Origin: a virus
Length of the DNA stretch: 64,000 nt
Strand: one strand, 5' to 3'
IMG/VR virus record: IMGVR_UViG_3300042549_004948
Location: 32,001-96,000 of that record
The notes under the pieces are model-generated. The model was not told the DNA's origin and made no database searches. It saw only the letters and a list, made by a program, of their open reading frames with translations. Positions 47,420 to 56,452 of the stretch are shown here, piece after piece (positions within the stretch are counted from its first letter, which is position 1; the number at the start of each line of letters is the position of its first letter). The translations under genes were made by a program, and so were the position numbers.

Positions 47420-47614
47420 TTATTGAAAAAAACAATTCTTTTGCTTCCACATACCGTTGCGATTTGTTTCGATAACATAGTCGCCATTGTAGGCTCTATT
47501 TTCACGAAGTACTAACCACACTTTTACTTTTTCTGTTTCGATTTTGAGTTCATCGCCGTCCCAGGCTTGTTCGATTGTCTCTAGGCTTTCTAACTGTCTT
47601 TTTGTGTATTCCAT
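47420..47614 (-). CDS. hypothetical early protein (start revised to MEYTKRQ)
   Basis: upstream extension is the repeated promoter element. Confidence 0.65.
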   Translation of the reverse strand: MEYTKRQLESLETIEQAWDGDELKIETEKVKVWLVLRENRAYNGDYVIETNRNGMWKQKNCFFQ

Positions 47615-47619
47615 AACCT

Positions 47620-47769
47620 TTATTTGATTGATATATGTAAATCTACAACAATCCAGTGACATAAAAAAATATTTTTAGTACTTTTTCAAAAGTTGTCGAT
47701 TGGAAATCAATCAGTTATAAGTGATTGATTATCAATAAGTTATAAGTAGTTGGAAATCAATAGGTTATG
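47620..47769 (-). promoter_or_regulatory. composite early promoter + IHF-consensus array (copy C)
   Basis: T7-N17-TAGATTTAC; WATCAANNNNTTR at 47705, 47730 and 47755 (25-bp period). Confidence 0.7.
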
Positions 47770-47771
47770 TA

Positions 47772-48086
47772 TTAATAACCATATTTGTTTATAAGCCTAT
47801 CAATTATCTCTTGATCTGACTTATCTATTGAGCCTCTACTATGTAGTTTTTTTATGTATTCAATATGCTTTTCTACTACAGGCTTATTTGAACTATTTCT
47901 AACTATTGCTAGTTTATATTCTTGAGTGAGGACTTCTTTTAATATCTGAACTTTCTTAATGTAGTCTGGAGTTATTAACTTGATTTCTTTGTCTTTAGCT
48001 TTCTTATCAAAATGTTCTTTATGTTCCATTGCTTTTACTAACATATCAGCCATTTTGTTTAAAGAAAGTTTGTTGATACTCATCAC
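47772..48086 (-). CDS. hypothetical protein
   Basis: coupled to holin-like gene. Confidence 0.65.
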   Translation of the reverse strand: MMSINKLSLNKMADMLVKAMEHKEHFDKKAKDKEIKLITPDYIKKVQILKEVLTQEYKLAIVRNSSNKPVVEKHIEYIKKLHSRGSIDKSDQEIIDRLINKYGY

Positions 48087-48373
48087 TCCTTGTTTTTAAT
48101 CATGTAAGTAAAGATAGTCTTTTGTAATGAATTTAAAACCTCTGTATTTTCTTTTATAAGATCTGCAAGTCTATCTCTTTCTTCTATCAACAGTTGCATC
48201 ATTTCTTCTTGCATTCTATCTACCTTTTGCTCTAATGCATCATTCTTTGCTACTAATCTTTGATATTGTATCCAAGCAAAATATCCTAGTAAAAAAGCTA
48301 GCAATCCTAATATTCCATATTCCATGGCATGAGACTCTAATATATCCATTTTTATGTCTTGTAGTAATACCAT
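48083..48373 (-). CDS. holin-like single-TM coiled-coil protein
   Basis: YGILGLLAFLLGYFAW TM segment then coiled coil (BhlA/UviB-like layout); in late-motif operon. Confidence 0.45.
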   Translation of the reverse strand: MVLLQDIKMDILESHAMEYGILGLLAFLLGYFAWIQYQRLVAKNDALEQKVDRMQEEMMQLLIEERDRLADLIKENTEVLNSLQKTIFTYMIKNKE

Positions 48374-48374
48374 C

Positions 48375-48587
48375 TTAGTTTACCGCTGAAAATCTTTTAT
48401 ATAATAATTCTTCCCATGATTCTGCATAAATTAATAGATTCTCATATTTAGAGTCTATTACTTTATACTCTAATAACTCAGTCATAATCTGAACCCAGGT
48501 TTCTCTTGAATTTACATATAAAAGAGGGTGAATGCCACTAGGTATTTTTATGTCGGCTACTTCGTCTAATACGTCATAGTATAACAT
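48375..48587 (-). CDS. hypothetical late protein
   Basis: late motif at 48592-48599. Confidence 0.6.
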   Translation of the reverse strand: MLYYDVLDEVADIKIPSGIHPLLYVNSRETWVQIMTELLEYKVIDSKYENLLIYAESWEELLYKRFSAVN

Positions 48588-48605
48588 GTTAATAAATATT
48601 TTAGT

Positions 48606-48995
48606 TTACTTAAAAGATTCTATATTGAAGACTTCTTTAAGACATTTTTTAGTGTCTTTTTTTGCCACTCTATGAGCTTCTATTTCCATTGGATTTTTAT
48701 CATCTGATAAATATAAAGCTAAGATCTGGTAATGCCGCATGTTCTGTTTATAGTGAGTATACTCATGTATGATGCTATTGGCTAATTCGTACAACGTTTG
48801 ATGCTGGTTTTTATCTATAAATATAATAGAGTCAATCTCATCATAGTATGCCATGCAACCTTCTGTATAATAGTCAGACTTTCTGAACTCTAGATACGGG
48901 AATTCTCTATTGAACTTTGATTTACCATAAGTTTTTAAGCACCATTCTAACATCTTAGTGGCGTGACCTCTTGTAATCTTTAATGGTTCATTCAT
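48606..48995 (-). CDS. zincin-like metallopeptidase
   Basis: SIIHEYTHYKQ..NPMEIEA. Confidence 0.7.
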   Translation of the reverse strand: MNEPLKITRGHATKMLEWCLKTYGKSKFNREFPYLEFRKSDYYTEGCMAYYDEIDSIIFIDKNQHQTLYELANSIIHEYTHYKQNMRHYQILALYLSDDKNPMEIEAHRVAKKDTKKCLKEVFNIESFK

Positions 48996-48997
48996 AA

Positions 48998-49591
48998 CTA
49001 TAATCCTTCTTGTTCAAATACTTTTTCTATTCTTTTTGGCATTGTAGAGTAATCTTTCATGAAATACCTAGGCATCTTTTCTATGATCTTTATATTACTA
49101 TATGGACTATTTTTTGGAGTGCACCATTTTCTAGTGGCTAATAATCTACTATAAAAAAAGACATAGGCATTGGCTTTCTTTATATAGTTGTCTATATCTA
49201 TGTTCAGATCAAACTTCTTTATAATCTTAACCGCTCTCTTCTCATTGTCTAATTCTAGGCTTCTGCATACATCTAAATGTTTTTTAATATTAGGAACTTC
49301 TTCTCCACCCAACCAAGCATCTACCAAAGGCATAGATACACCTACAGATTGCCATAGATCTGTATTCTCTTTCCACTGGGTAAAGTGTCCAAATTCATGT
49401 GCTAATATCTCTAGTGAGTCAGGTCTGTTCATAGAACATACTAAAGTCGGTATTTCCTCATCAAAATATCCGGAACACTTTATATTTCCTGAAAGCTTAA
49501 CATACTTTGTATTTCGTAGATCACATTTAACTCCGTATTCTTTACATTCAGACTTAACATATTTTATGAAGTCTTTAGATTTTTTATTCAT
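48998..49591 (-). CDS. zincin-like metallopeptidase
   Basis: ILAHEFGHFTQW..LELDNE. Confidence 0.65.
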   Translation of the reverse strand: MNKKSKDFIKYVKSECKEYGVKCDLRNTKYVKLSGNIKCSGYFDEEIPTLVCSMNRPDSLEILAHEFGHFTQWKENTDLWQSVGVSMPLVDAWLGGEEVPNIKKHLDVCRSLELDNEKRAVKIIKKFDLNIDIDNYIKKANAYVFFYSRLLATRKWCTPKNSPYSNIKIIEKMPRYFMKDYSTMPKRIEKVFEQEGL

Positions 49592-49619
49592 AGTATACGG
49601 TTTATTGGTTAATGTATCT

Positions 49620-49943
49620 CTATGATAAATATGAAGACTTGATATCCTCTACATGTTTACAAGATCTTTTGTTGCCAGAGAATTTAAAAGAGTGGCAATT
49701 GCAAGACCAATTACCGTTATACAATTCTACTTCATACTTTCTTCCGCCTGACCCATCTATATCCCAAGTCACGTCAATTTTAAACACTTCGTTCTTTCCA
49801 CCAGGATACGGCCTTCTGAACCACTTGAGATCGTTTCTAGTAGTTCCACTTGGAAGATCTGTCCGGCCTCTATCGTCGATCACATACGGGCCCGACTTAT
49901 CTATCCAGAAAAAAGGTGCCTTGAAGCTGTGTATAATTACCAT
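49620..49943 (-). CDS. SWIM zinc-finger protein
   Basis: YEV..WSCNCHSF..CKH. Confidence 0.8.
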   Translation of the reverse strand: MVIIHSFKAPFFWIDKSGPYVIDDRGRTDLPSGTTRNDLKWFRRPYPGGKNEVFKIDVTWDIDGSGGRKYEVELYNGNWSCNCHSFKFSGNKRSCKHVEDIKSSYLS

Positions 49944-50164
49944 AGGTCTGCTAATATAAGGTTTTTTATTCTGTCTACAAAATTTACCTTCTTAGTAGGT
50001 CGAAAGACTTTTTGAAAGTCATATTGTAAATTCATAAAGTATGCCCTATTGTCATTACTATATTTTTCTATTCTACTACCTACTTTGTAGATCTCGAACC
50101 ACTCGTTAGTTTCGATTAGTTTTTCTGGTATATATGTACTTTTGATTTTAAGCTTTTTACTCAT
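49937..50164 (-). CDS. hypothetical protein
   Basis: ORF in array. Confidence 0.6.
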   Translation of the reverse strand: MSKKLKIKSTYIPEKLIETNEWFEIYKVGSRIEKYSNDNRAYFMNLQYDFQKVFRPTKKVNFVDRIKNLILADLW

Positions 50165-50166
50165 AA

Positions 50167-50424
50167 TTAATTTATTTTCATGAATTCATTTAGATAGTGA
50201 ACTGTTGAAGAATTGTTTAAATGCCATTCTCTGAAGTACGAATCTCCTTCTTGATCATATAATATTTCTGAAGTATGTACTTCTGTATTAGATCCACCCT
50301 CGCTGTAAATAGTATAAGTCTTATAAGATACCTCGTCTCCAGAATTATTGATCATGATTTCCATACCGTGAGAATTACTAAGAGTCTTGTAAGCTTGTGG
50401 CTCGAACCATTGAATTGTTGTCAT
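50167..50424 (-). CDS. hypothetical protein
   Basis: AAAAGTTATG start. Confidence 0.65.
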   Translation of the reverse strand: MTTIQWFEPQAYKTLSNSHGMEIMINNSGDEVSYKTYTIYSEGGSNTEVHTSEILYDQEGDSYFREWHLNNSSTVHYLNEFMKIN

Positions 50425-50555
50425 AACTTTTATTTTTTATGTTGCAATAGCGGCTACTGCAAAAATTATTACTAATAAGATTAATAATACTACAGAATCT
50501 GAATCTTCTGACTCTGTTTGATCTTTTTTCCATTCTTTAAACGTCTTCATAACTT

Positions 50556-50921
50556 TTATTTTTTGTAACCAAATAATTTAGCATCGCTGTGTTCTGTTAG
50601 TATGTAGTCCACTTTAATGATCTTCTCTAAAGACTTTTCTGTTATTGTTCCTGTTAAACGATCTTCGATCATAACAGAGCCGACTCCATCATATATGTCT
50701 AAGTCTACGTCATTGTAATAAGCTTCCGCTTCTTCATAGGTATCAAAAACTAGAGTCTCTGAGCTACTATCGTTATCGAACCCATCTAACAATTGTGACT
50801 CTCGATCTCCGAACTCATCCACTTCATTGTAATAAGGACTAGAGGTTACAAAAAACATGTTTGGCGTTTTACCGTCGCCTACGATCTCTGTTGCTAATGC
50901 TTTTGCTTCTTGATTTGTCAT
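50556..50921 (-). CDS. hypothetical early protein
   Basis: AAAAGTTATG start. Confidence 0.7.
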   Translation of the reverse strand: MTNQEAKALATEIVGDGKTPNMFFVTSSPYYNEVDEFGDRESQLLDGFDNDSSSETLVFDTYEEAEAYYNDVDLDIYDGVGSVMIEDRLTGTITEKSLEKIIKVDYILTEHSDAKLFGYKK

Positions 50922-50947
50922 AACTTTTATTTTATATGAGGGGGTTT

Positions 50948-51286
50948 TTACAGATTTTGTGAAAGTAGATTATATGAGTGGGCCATATCTTCGTAGTTTG
51001 ACATATCGCTATCGCTTTCCATAGCGCCTTTATACCACTTACTCATGTACTCGTCCCATGTCATGCGACCCTCGTCGTAAGCGATCTCGTCCTGTGTCAT
51101 GTTGTACGGACGAGCAAAGATGAAATTCTCTTTATCGATAGCGAAGTTGACTTGACAGTCGGGGTACATTTCGCTGAAGGCTTTGTGGTTGGCCTCTGCG
51201 ATGGCATAATCGCCATTGACTTCGATTGTGCTGTCAATGATTGTCTCGTGGGTAAGGTAGTCGAAAACGAAGATCTTGATATTCAT
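50948..51286 (-). CDS. hypothetical early protein
   Basis: first gene downstream of composite promoter D. Confidence 0.7.
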   Translation of the reverse strand: MNIKIFVFDYLTHETIIDSTIEVNGDYAIAEANHKAFSEMYPDCQVNFAIDKENFIFARPYNMTQDEIAYDEGRMTWDEYMSKWYKGAMESDSDMSNYEDMAHSYNLLSQNL

Positions 51287-51292
51287 ACTGTT

Positions 51293-51440
51293 GTTTGATT
51301 GATATATGTAAATCTACAACAATCCAGTGACATAAAAAAATATTTTTTAGTGTTTTATGAAAATTGTTGATTGAAAATCAATCAGTTATGCAATCTATTG
51401 AAAATCAATTAGTTATAAATGGTTGAAAATCAATCACTTA
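51293..51440 (-). promoter_or_regulatory. composite early promoter + IHF-consensus array (copy D)
   Basis: 54 nt identical to copy C; WATCAANNNNTTR at 51376, 51403 and 51428. Confidence 0.7.
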
Positions 51441-52196
51441 TTTACGGATGTCAATAAATTCATCTCCGTCATCAGGTTCTTTATCATCTAAAGGATTGTG
51501 ATTTTTAAATAAAACATCTCCAGATCCTTCGAGACCTAAGTTTTTTAGATGATTATAATAAAAATCATCAAGTTGATAGAATTCTTGTACATCCTCTTTT
51601 ATTTCTGGAGTTTCTATAGGATTAGATTCTACTCTCTGTATCATCCTGTTAGCAAAAGGATCTTCTACAAATAAAAAATAGCAATTATAGCAAAGCCATT
51701 GTAAGTTCTCTATTCTCCAATCGCTTTTCTTTGAGTTCTTAAAATTAAGAAGTAGTGGAACTTTTAAATCGGTTAATCTTTTCTCAGCAAATTTACAAGC
51801 AGAGCACTGATATCCAAGTCTTCCATCTTTCATTAAAGCTTCTTTAAGCCTTACTATTTTTTTAGAATTGATAGGTTGATTCTCGACTAGCATTTCATCT
51901 AAATCTTTTTTCCAAATACCGCCTGCCCAGTTTTTAGGCATTCCTTTTCCAGACTGATTTTTGTGAAGTTCGAATAGACTTTTTCCTGACGCTTCGTCAA
52001 AAGTATTTTTAGAATACTTTTTGTATGTGATATCTGTAATACCTAACCATCTCGCAGCTTCTTTATTACTACGAGTATTAGCCATTGCCTCTCTTAATTG
52101 AGCTTCTGTTAATTGTAGTCCTCTATGCCACCAACTTTCAGGCCTTTTATCTTTGGCCATGTTATCTTTTGTAAAAAACGGAATCTTCTTAGTCAT
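51438..52196 (-). CDS. HTH + degenerate HNH zinc-finger protein
   Basis: SNKEAARWLGI HTH; CSAC...ENLQWLCYNC. Confidence 0.6.
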   Translation of the reverse strand: MTKKIPFFTKDNMAKDKRPESWWHRGLQLTEAQLREAMANTRSNKEAARWLGITDITYKKYSKNTFDEASGKSLFELHKNQSGKGMPKNWAGGIWKKDLDEMLVENQPINSKKIVRLKEALMKDGRLGYQCSACKFAEKRLTDLKVPLLLNFKNSKKSDWRIENLQWLCYNCYFLFVEDPFANRMIQRVESNPIETPEIKEDVQEFYQLDDFYYNHLKNLGLEGSGDVLFKNHNPLDDKEPDDGDEFIDIRK

Positions 52197-52596
52197 TTAA
52201 CTTAGGATTTATTTGGCACAATAAATTCCACAAATCGTATGGACTATTTAAGAAGATCTCTTTATCATCATCAGTCATGATAGCATTTAATGTACCATCA
52301 GAATTCATTCTTTCATATAGATAAAATGAAATAACTTCCATACACTGTTTACCAAAATGCATATATAGTAGAGCGTCTATTACTGTAAAGAACTTTTCAT
52401 CATAATTAGCAAAGTCTAAATTCAAATCTGCGTACAATATATTTTGTCTAACAGTAAGTTCGTCTACATTGTTAATCAAACTAAAAAATAGCTCTCTCTT
52501 CTTATCTGAATTGGATTTCTTTTTTCTTCTTATTAGAGTTTTAGTTCCTAACATAGAGTCTACTCCCAACTGTATCTGCTTGAAATCTTTATCCAT
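52189..52596 (-). CDS. hypothetical protein
   Basis: coupled ORF. Confidence 0.7.
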   Translation of the reverse strand: MDKDFKQIQLGVDSMLGTKTLIRRKKKSNSDKKRELFFSLINNVDELTVRQNILYADLNLDFANYDEKFFTVIDALLYMHFGKQCMEVISFYLYERMNSDGTLNAIMTDDDKEIFLNSPYDLWNLLCQINPKLND

Positions 52597-52936
52597 TTGT
52601 TTTCTTTTTGTTTAATGATAATTTAGATTTTAATTTATCATGAATGGAATGGATTAGATTCTTTATGTGATTACACATTTCATAGTCTTCGTCATCTACA
52701 TACCAAACAAGGCAAGTCTCTAGTGCTTGTATCCAATTATTTTTATGGATCTCAATGTAATTGTTTGAATCATTGATCTCAAACAAAGCTGCATAAATCT
52801 TGCTTTGAACTAAAGCATCTTCAATAGCAGTCGGAAGATGTTTTTTTAAAAGATCTTTTAGTATCTCTGATTTTGATACCTCACTAGCTGTAAGTAATTC
52901 TGGACTATTGAATATTGCCCTTGCCGTCTTTCTCAT
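52589..52936 (-). CDS. hypothetical protein (UvrB/UvrC-like EDYEMC tail)
   Basis: EDYEMCNHIK motif. Confidence 0.6.
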   Translation of the reverse strand: MRKTARAIFNSPELLTASEVSKSEILKDLLKKHLPTAIEDALVQSKIYAALFEINDSNNYIEIHKNNWIQALETCLVWYVDDEDYEMCNHIKNLIHSIHDKLKSKLSLNKKKTNG

Positions 52937-52957
52937 AACCCTCTATTTTAAATTTTA

Positions 52958-53272
52958 TTATGCGCTTCCCTTAAGGATCTTCACGAGCATATTTGATATT
53001 GATGCAAGTGGAACAATAAATCCTATAACATTTTTGTATGGATTTCTATCGTCGTAGTCAACCATGATACCAGCATCTCCGAATCTTTTTTGTAGTGCTA
53101 CACTTATTTTAGTAGCTAATGCTTGTTTGTCTCTAGGATCTTCGAACTCTTGATCAAGAATGAACTGCATTTTAACTCCCTTCTTTGTAGGGTTTTCGTT
53201 TACATCGAATTGAAGTTGATACTTCTTTCCTTCTATTGTAATAGTATATAGTGGATTAATAGCTTGAGCCAT
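52958..53272 (-). CDS. hypothetical late protein
   Basis: late motif at 53283-53290. Confidence 0.7.
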   Translation of the reverse strand: MAQAINPLYTITIEGKKYQLQFDVNENPTKKGVKMQFILDQEFEDPRDKQALATKISVALQKRFGDAGIMVDYDDRNPYKNVIGFIVPLASISNMLVKILKGSA

Positions 53273-53303
53273 GGTTTTTAATATAAATATTAGTAAAAGT
53301 ATG

Positions 53304-54590
53304 TTACTCTATAGTGAGTAGATTCATATCGAATGGTGGGTTTTGAACTACAACTTGATCCTGAGCTAGGCTGACTACATTCAGGACATTAATTCTTGCT
53401 GCACCTAGTTCATATATTCCTGGTTCAGAAGGCTCTATAATGTCGCCCAAGCGCGTCAGGTTAGATAGGAATAAATCTTTACCTGGATCTACTATAGAAC
53501 TAAAGTTCAGATCTATTTTTATATTATAATTCTGCGGTTCTCCTATTTGATAGACTTGATTATAGTCTGTTATACTAAAGAATTTTTTAGACACTTCCCA
53601 GTCTTCCTTAGAGAATTTTAGAAGCTCATTGGCAACATCATGCTCTGTAGAATATAGATCTACAACAAGCTTTTTATCTTCTTTTGTTTGAAGCCAGACT
53701 CTGGAAAAGAACGGTTCTATTTGCACTAGAAACATTGGACTAATCTTCATGTCGCTCTTTATAACAAGATCAATATCTAACTTGTTGAGCTTAACTTGTC
53801 CATGATTAAAGTTGCCCCACTTCTTAATGAACCTTCTGAGTTCAATACCATCTGCTATCTTCTGAAGTTCCACTCTCTTTTTAGCTTCCTGACTATTAGG
53901 ATCAAACCAATTCTTTCCTCTAGAACTTACACAAGTAAAATGGTAAACATTTGCTTCCCATGTTTGTAATAACTTAATGCCAGCATGTATGCATCTTTGA
54001 ACTAAATCAGAGTCTTCTCTAGATCTTCTGAACCTAGTGTCATAGCCTCCAATACTTTGCCATACTTTTTTATAAAATGTTATTGGAGCAAAGAAGTATT
54101 CTGCAGATCTATTTGATTTTATAGACTCTGAATACTTGTTCCATCTTTCCATATCAAATACAGTTGGATCTGTTCCAAAGTCTTGTGTTATAGTGTAATC
54201 TGAATATCCATGTAGTGGTGGTTCTACTCTAGTTGCTGATAAGATGCAATTCTCTTCTAAATAAGATAATACGTTAGTATCATAATGAGGTCCAATTACC
54301 ATGTCTGATTGTAGATAGCTTACGATATCGTGTTTAGCTAATTCAACTAGTAGATTATTATTTCTAGCATAACCTACACAAGGATTAAGTTTATGAGTTA
54401 TTATTTTAAGATCAAAGAAGTCTTTCTTAAGATTCTTTAAATACCCATAAACATCTTCATTGTCTGAATCTATAAAGACAAGTATCTCATGCTCCTTTTC
54501 ATCTAGGTTATCACGAAGAGACTTCATTAAGAGTTCTATATGATCTCTAGTATTTACAGATGTATTAATTATAAAGCTTATATTTTTCAT
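53304..54590 (-). CDS. glycosyltransferase family 2
   Basis: ISFII..EILVFID, QSDM, IGGYD..REDSD, YHF motifs. Confidence 0.85.
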   Translation of the reverse strand: MKNISFIINTSVNTRDHIELLMKSLRDNLDEKEHEILVFIDSDNEDVYGYLKNLKKDFFDLKIITHKLNPCVGYARNNNLLVELAKHDIVSYLQSDMVIGPHYDTNVLSYLEENCILSATRVEPPLHGYSDYTITQDFGTDPTVFDMERWNKYSESIKSNRSAEYFFAPITFYKKVWQSIGGYDTRFRRSREDSDLVQRCIHAGIKLLQTWEANVYHFTCVSSRGKNWFDPNSQEAKKRVELQKIADGIELRRFIKKWGNFNHGQVKLNKLDIDLVIKSDMKISPMFLVQIEPFFSRVWLQTKEDKKLVVDLYSTEHDVANELLKFSKEDWEVSKKFFSITDYNQVYQIGEPQNYNIKIDLNFSSIVDPGKDLFLSNLTRLGDIIEPSEPGIYELGAARINVLNVVSLAQDQVVVQNPPFDMNLLTIE

Positions 54591-55359
54591 ATTCTAATTT
54601 TAATGCTTGTTCAAATCCTATTAATTTTAATTCCAAGTTTTCTAAGATTGTTGAATCACCGAAATATTCTTTTGTTGGCATAAATATATGAGGAGGAGCC
54701 ACTACTTCAACTTCATAATCTCCTAAACTGTTAATTGTATTAGCTATTCCTCTAAGAGTTTTTTTATATTCACCGTAACAACAATCTATTTCTTTGGGTG
54801 GATTAGGATTATTAATGTAGTACTTAACCAAAGTCCATAGGTCTTCCATATAGAAGAAGTCCATGATTTTGTTTTCATTAATTTGTATTGGTTGCTTATT
54901 AATATAATTTTGAAGACTTGCTCTTATGAATCTAGTTTCTAGTTCTCCGTCTCCAAACAAACCATATATCCTAATGTTATAAAAGTTGTCTTTATCAGAC
55001 ATGGATTTTGTTATGGCTTTTTTACTAAGTCCATAAGGTTCATTTGACATATAAATTTCAGCACCAGATCCGAAGGTTATAAATCTACCATACTTATCTC
55101 TATGATCAAGTAGATTAAGATACATTTTAATATTAGTATCCATAGCACCCCAGCCATCTTTTGCAAGTCTGCTGCCTCCCTTTACTGCACAATGAATTAT
55201 TAAATCAAAATTATTATTGTGTTTAAAAAAGTAATCTACTTGCTCCTTGTTACTAAAATCAACGGCAGAACTTTTAGGAGTAAACACATCATGATCTTTA
55301 AGTTTCTTTGTTAAGAACTTTCCGATCACTCCATTAGATCCTGTAATTAATATCTTCAT
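54565..55359 (-). CDS. NAD-dependent epimerase/dehydratase
   Basis: ITGSNGVIG and YGLSK motifs. Confidence 0.85.
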   Translation of the reverse strand: MKILITGSNGVIGKFLTKKLKDHDVFTPKSSAVDFSNKEQVDYFFKHNNNFDLIIHCAVKGGSRLAKDGWGAMDTNIKMYLNLLDHRDKYGRFITFGSGAEIYMSNEPYGLSKKAITKSMSDKDNFYNIRIYGLFGDGELETRFIRASLQNYINKQPIQINENKIMDFFYMEDLWTLVKYYINNPNPPKEIDCCYGEYKKTLRGIANTINSLGDYEVEVVAPPHIFMPTKEYFGDSTILENLELKLIGFEQALKLEYEKYKLYN

Positions 55360-55832
55360 CTCTTTAAATTAATGTAAGCTGCAGATTGTTTTGTTAAACT
55401 ATAGTTGATTGCATTCACTAATTCATCTTGATCAACAGGCTTAAACGTCTTGATATTATCAAAGTTTGACATGATTTTAACATCATCTTCTGACCAGTGG
55501 GAAAATCCTAAATATCCGTAGTCGCGATCTCTTCCTCCACCAATAACATTAACACAGATATTCTCATGATCTAAATAGTTACGAATCATTTCAAATGGTC
55601 TATATATAGCAAACGGAGTTATAGAATATACAAAAGGTATCTTATCTTCCATAGCAAGACCTATTCCCATTCCTAACATCGCCATCTCAGAAGATCCCAC
55701 GTTATAGAATCTATCTGGATATGTATCTCTAACTTGATCCCATAGACCATAACCAAGGTCTCCTGTTATAAGGTAGATGTCTTTATTATTTGCCATTTCA
55801 TTGAATAGCAATTGTGCAAAGTCTCTTCTCAT
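55356..55832 (-). CDS. transketolase-like pyrimidine-binding subunit
   Basis: TGDLG, NVGSSE, GLA, RPFEMIR, GFSH motifs. Confidence 0.85.
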   Translation of the reverse strand: MRRDFAQLLFNEMANNKDIYLITGDLGYGLWDQVRDTYPDRFYNVGSSEMAMLGMGIGLAMEDKIPFVYSITPFAIYRPFEMIRNYLDHENICVNVIGGGRDRDYGYLGFSHWSEDDVKIMSNFDNIKTFKPVDQDELVNAINYSLTKQSAAYINLKR

Positions 55833-56452
55833 TTAAGTATATTTAAAGCTTCATTATAGTTTTCTTCTGTCATTACATGGTAGTGAGCATTTAATCCTTT
55901 CAAGAATGGAAAATGTTCAACGGTTGTATGTACAATGTTTATAGTAGGAAGGAATGCTTTTAATCTTTGTTCTAGGTATATCGAATCAACTTCCATATAA
56001 GCAGCGTATCCATTTACATTAACATGCACTTCTATATTTGTTATATTCTGCTCTACTATAGTTTTCAAAGATTCCCATATACTTCCTTCAGCAGATTCAC
56101 CATCACTTATTAATACCCATACTTTTCTATTTGGTTTCGCTACTGCTCTTCCTAATGCAATACATATGCCCAAACCTAAACTACCAGTAGAACAATAGAT
56201 ATGATTCTCTTCATCACGGTGAGGATGGCCACCATGTTTAGCAAATAACATTTCAGCATCGACTCCTTTGTATTTTTCCAATACAACATATAGTGCTAAT
56301 GCAGCATGTCCTGATGATAGGATAAAAATATCGTCTTTATCCATCTTAGAATATATGTTATCAATAATCTGTAAACTGGAGAAGTAACTCCCTAAATGCC
56401 CTAACTTATTCTTGTAAGCTATTTCAACTAATCTTTTTTTAAGCTCTTTCAT
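55829..56452 (-). CDS. transketolase-like TPP-binding N-terminal subunit
   Basis: GHLGS, LSSGHA, STGSLG, SDGESAEGSIWE..N motifs. Confidence 0.88.
   Translation of the reverse strand: MKELKKRLVEIAYKNKLGHLGSYFSSLQIIDNIYSKMDKDDIFILSSGHAALALYVVLEKYKGVDAEMLFAKHGGHPHRDEENHIYCSTGSLGLGICIALGRAVAKPNRKVWVLISDGESAEGSIWESLKTIVEQNITNIEVHVNVNGYAAYMEVDSIYLEQRLKAFLPTINIVHTTVEHFPFLKGLNAHYHVMTEENYNEALNILK

Noticed and set aside
36979-51440. 25-bp arrays and the 15-bp direct repeat as mini-CRISPRs
   Set aside because: The units are abutting or too short, degenerate, lack spacer-sized unique inserts in a regular pattern, and are tied to promoters.
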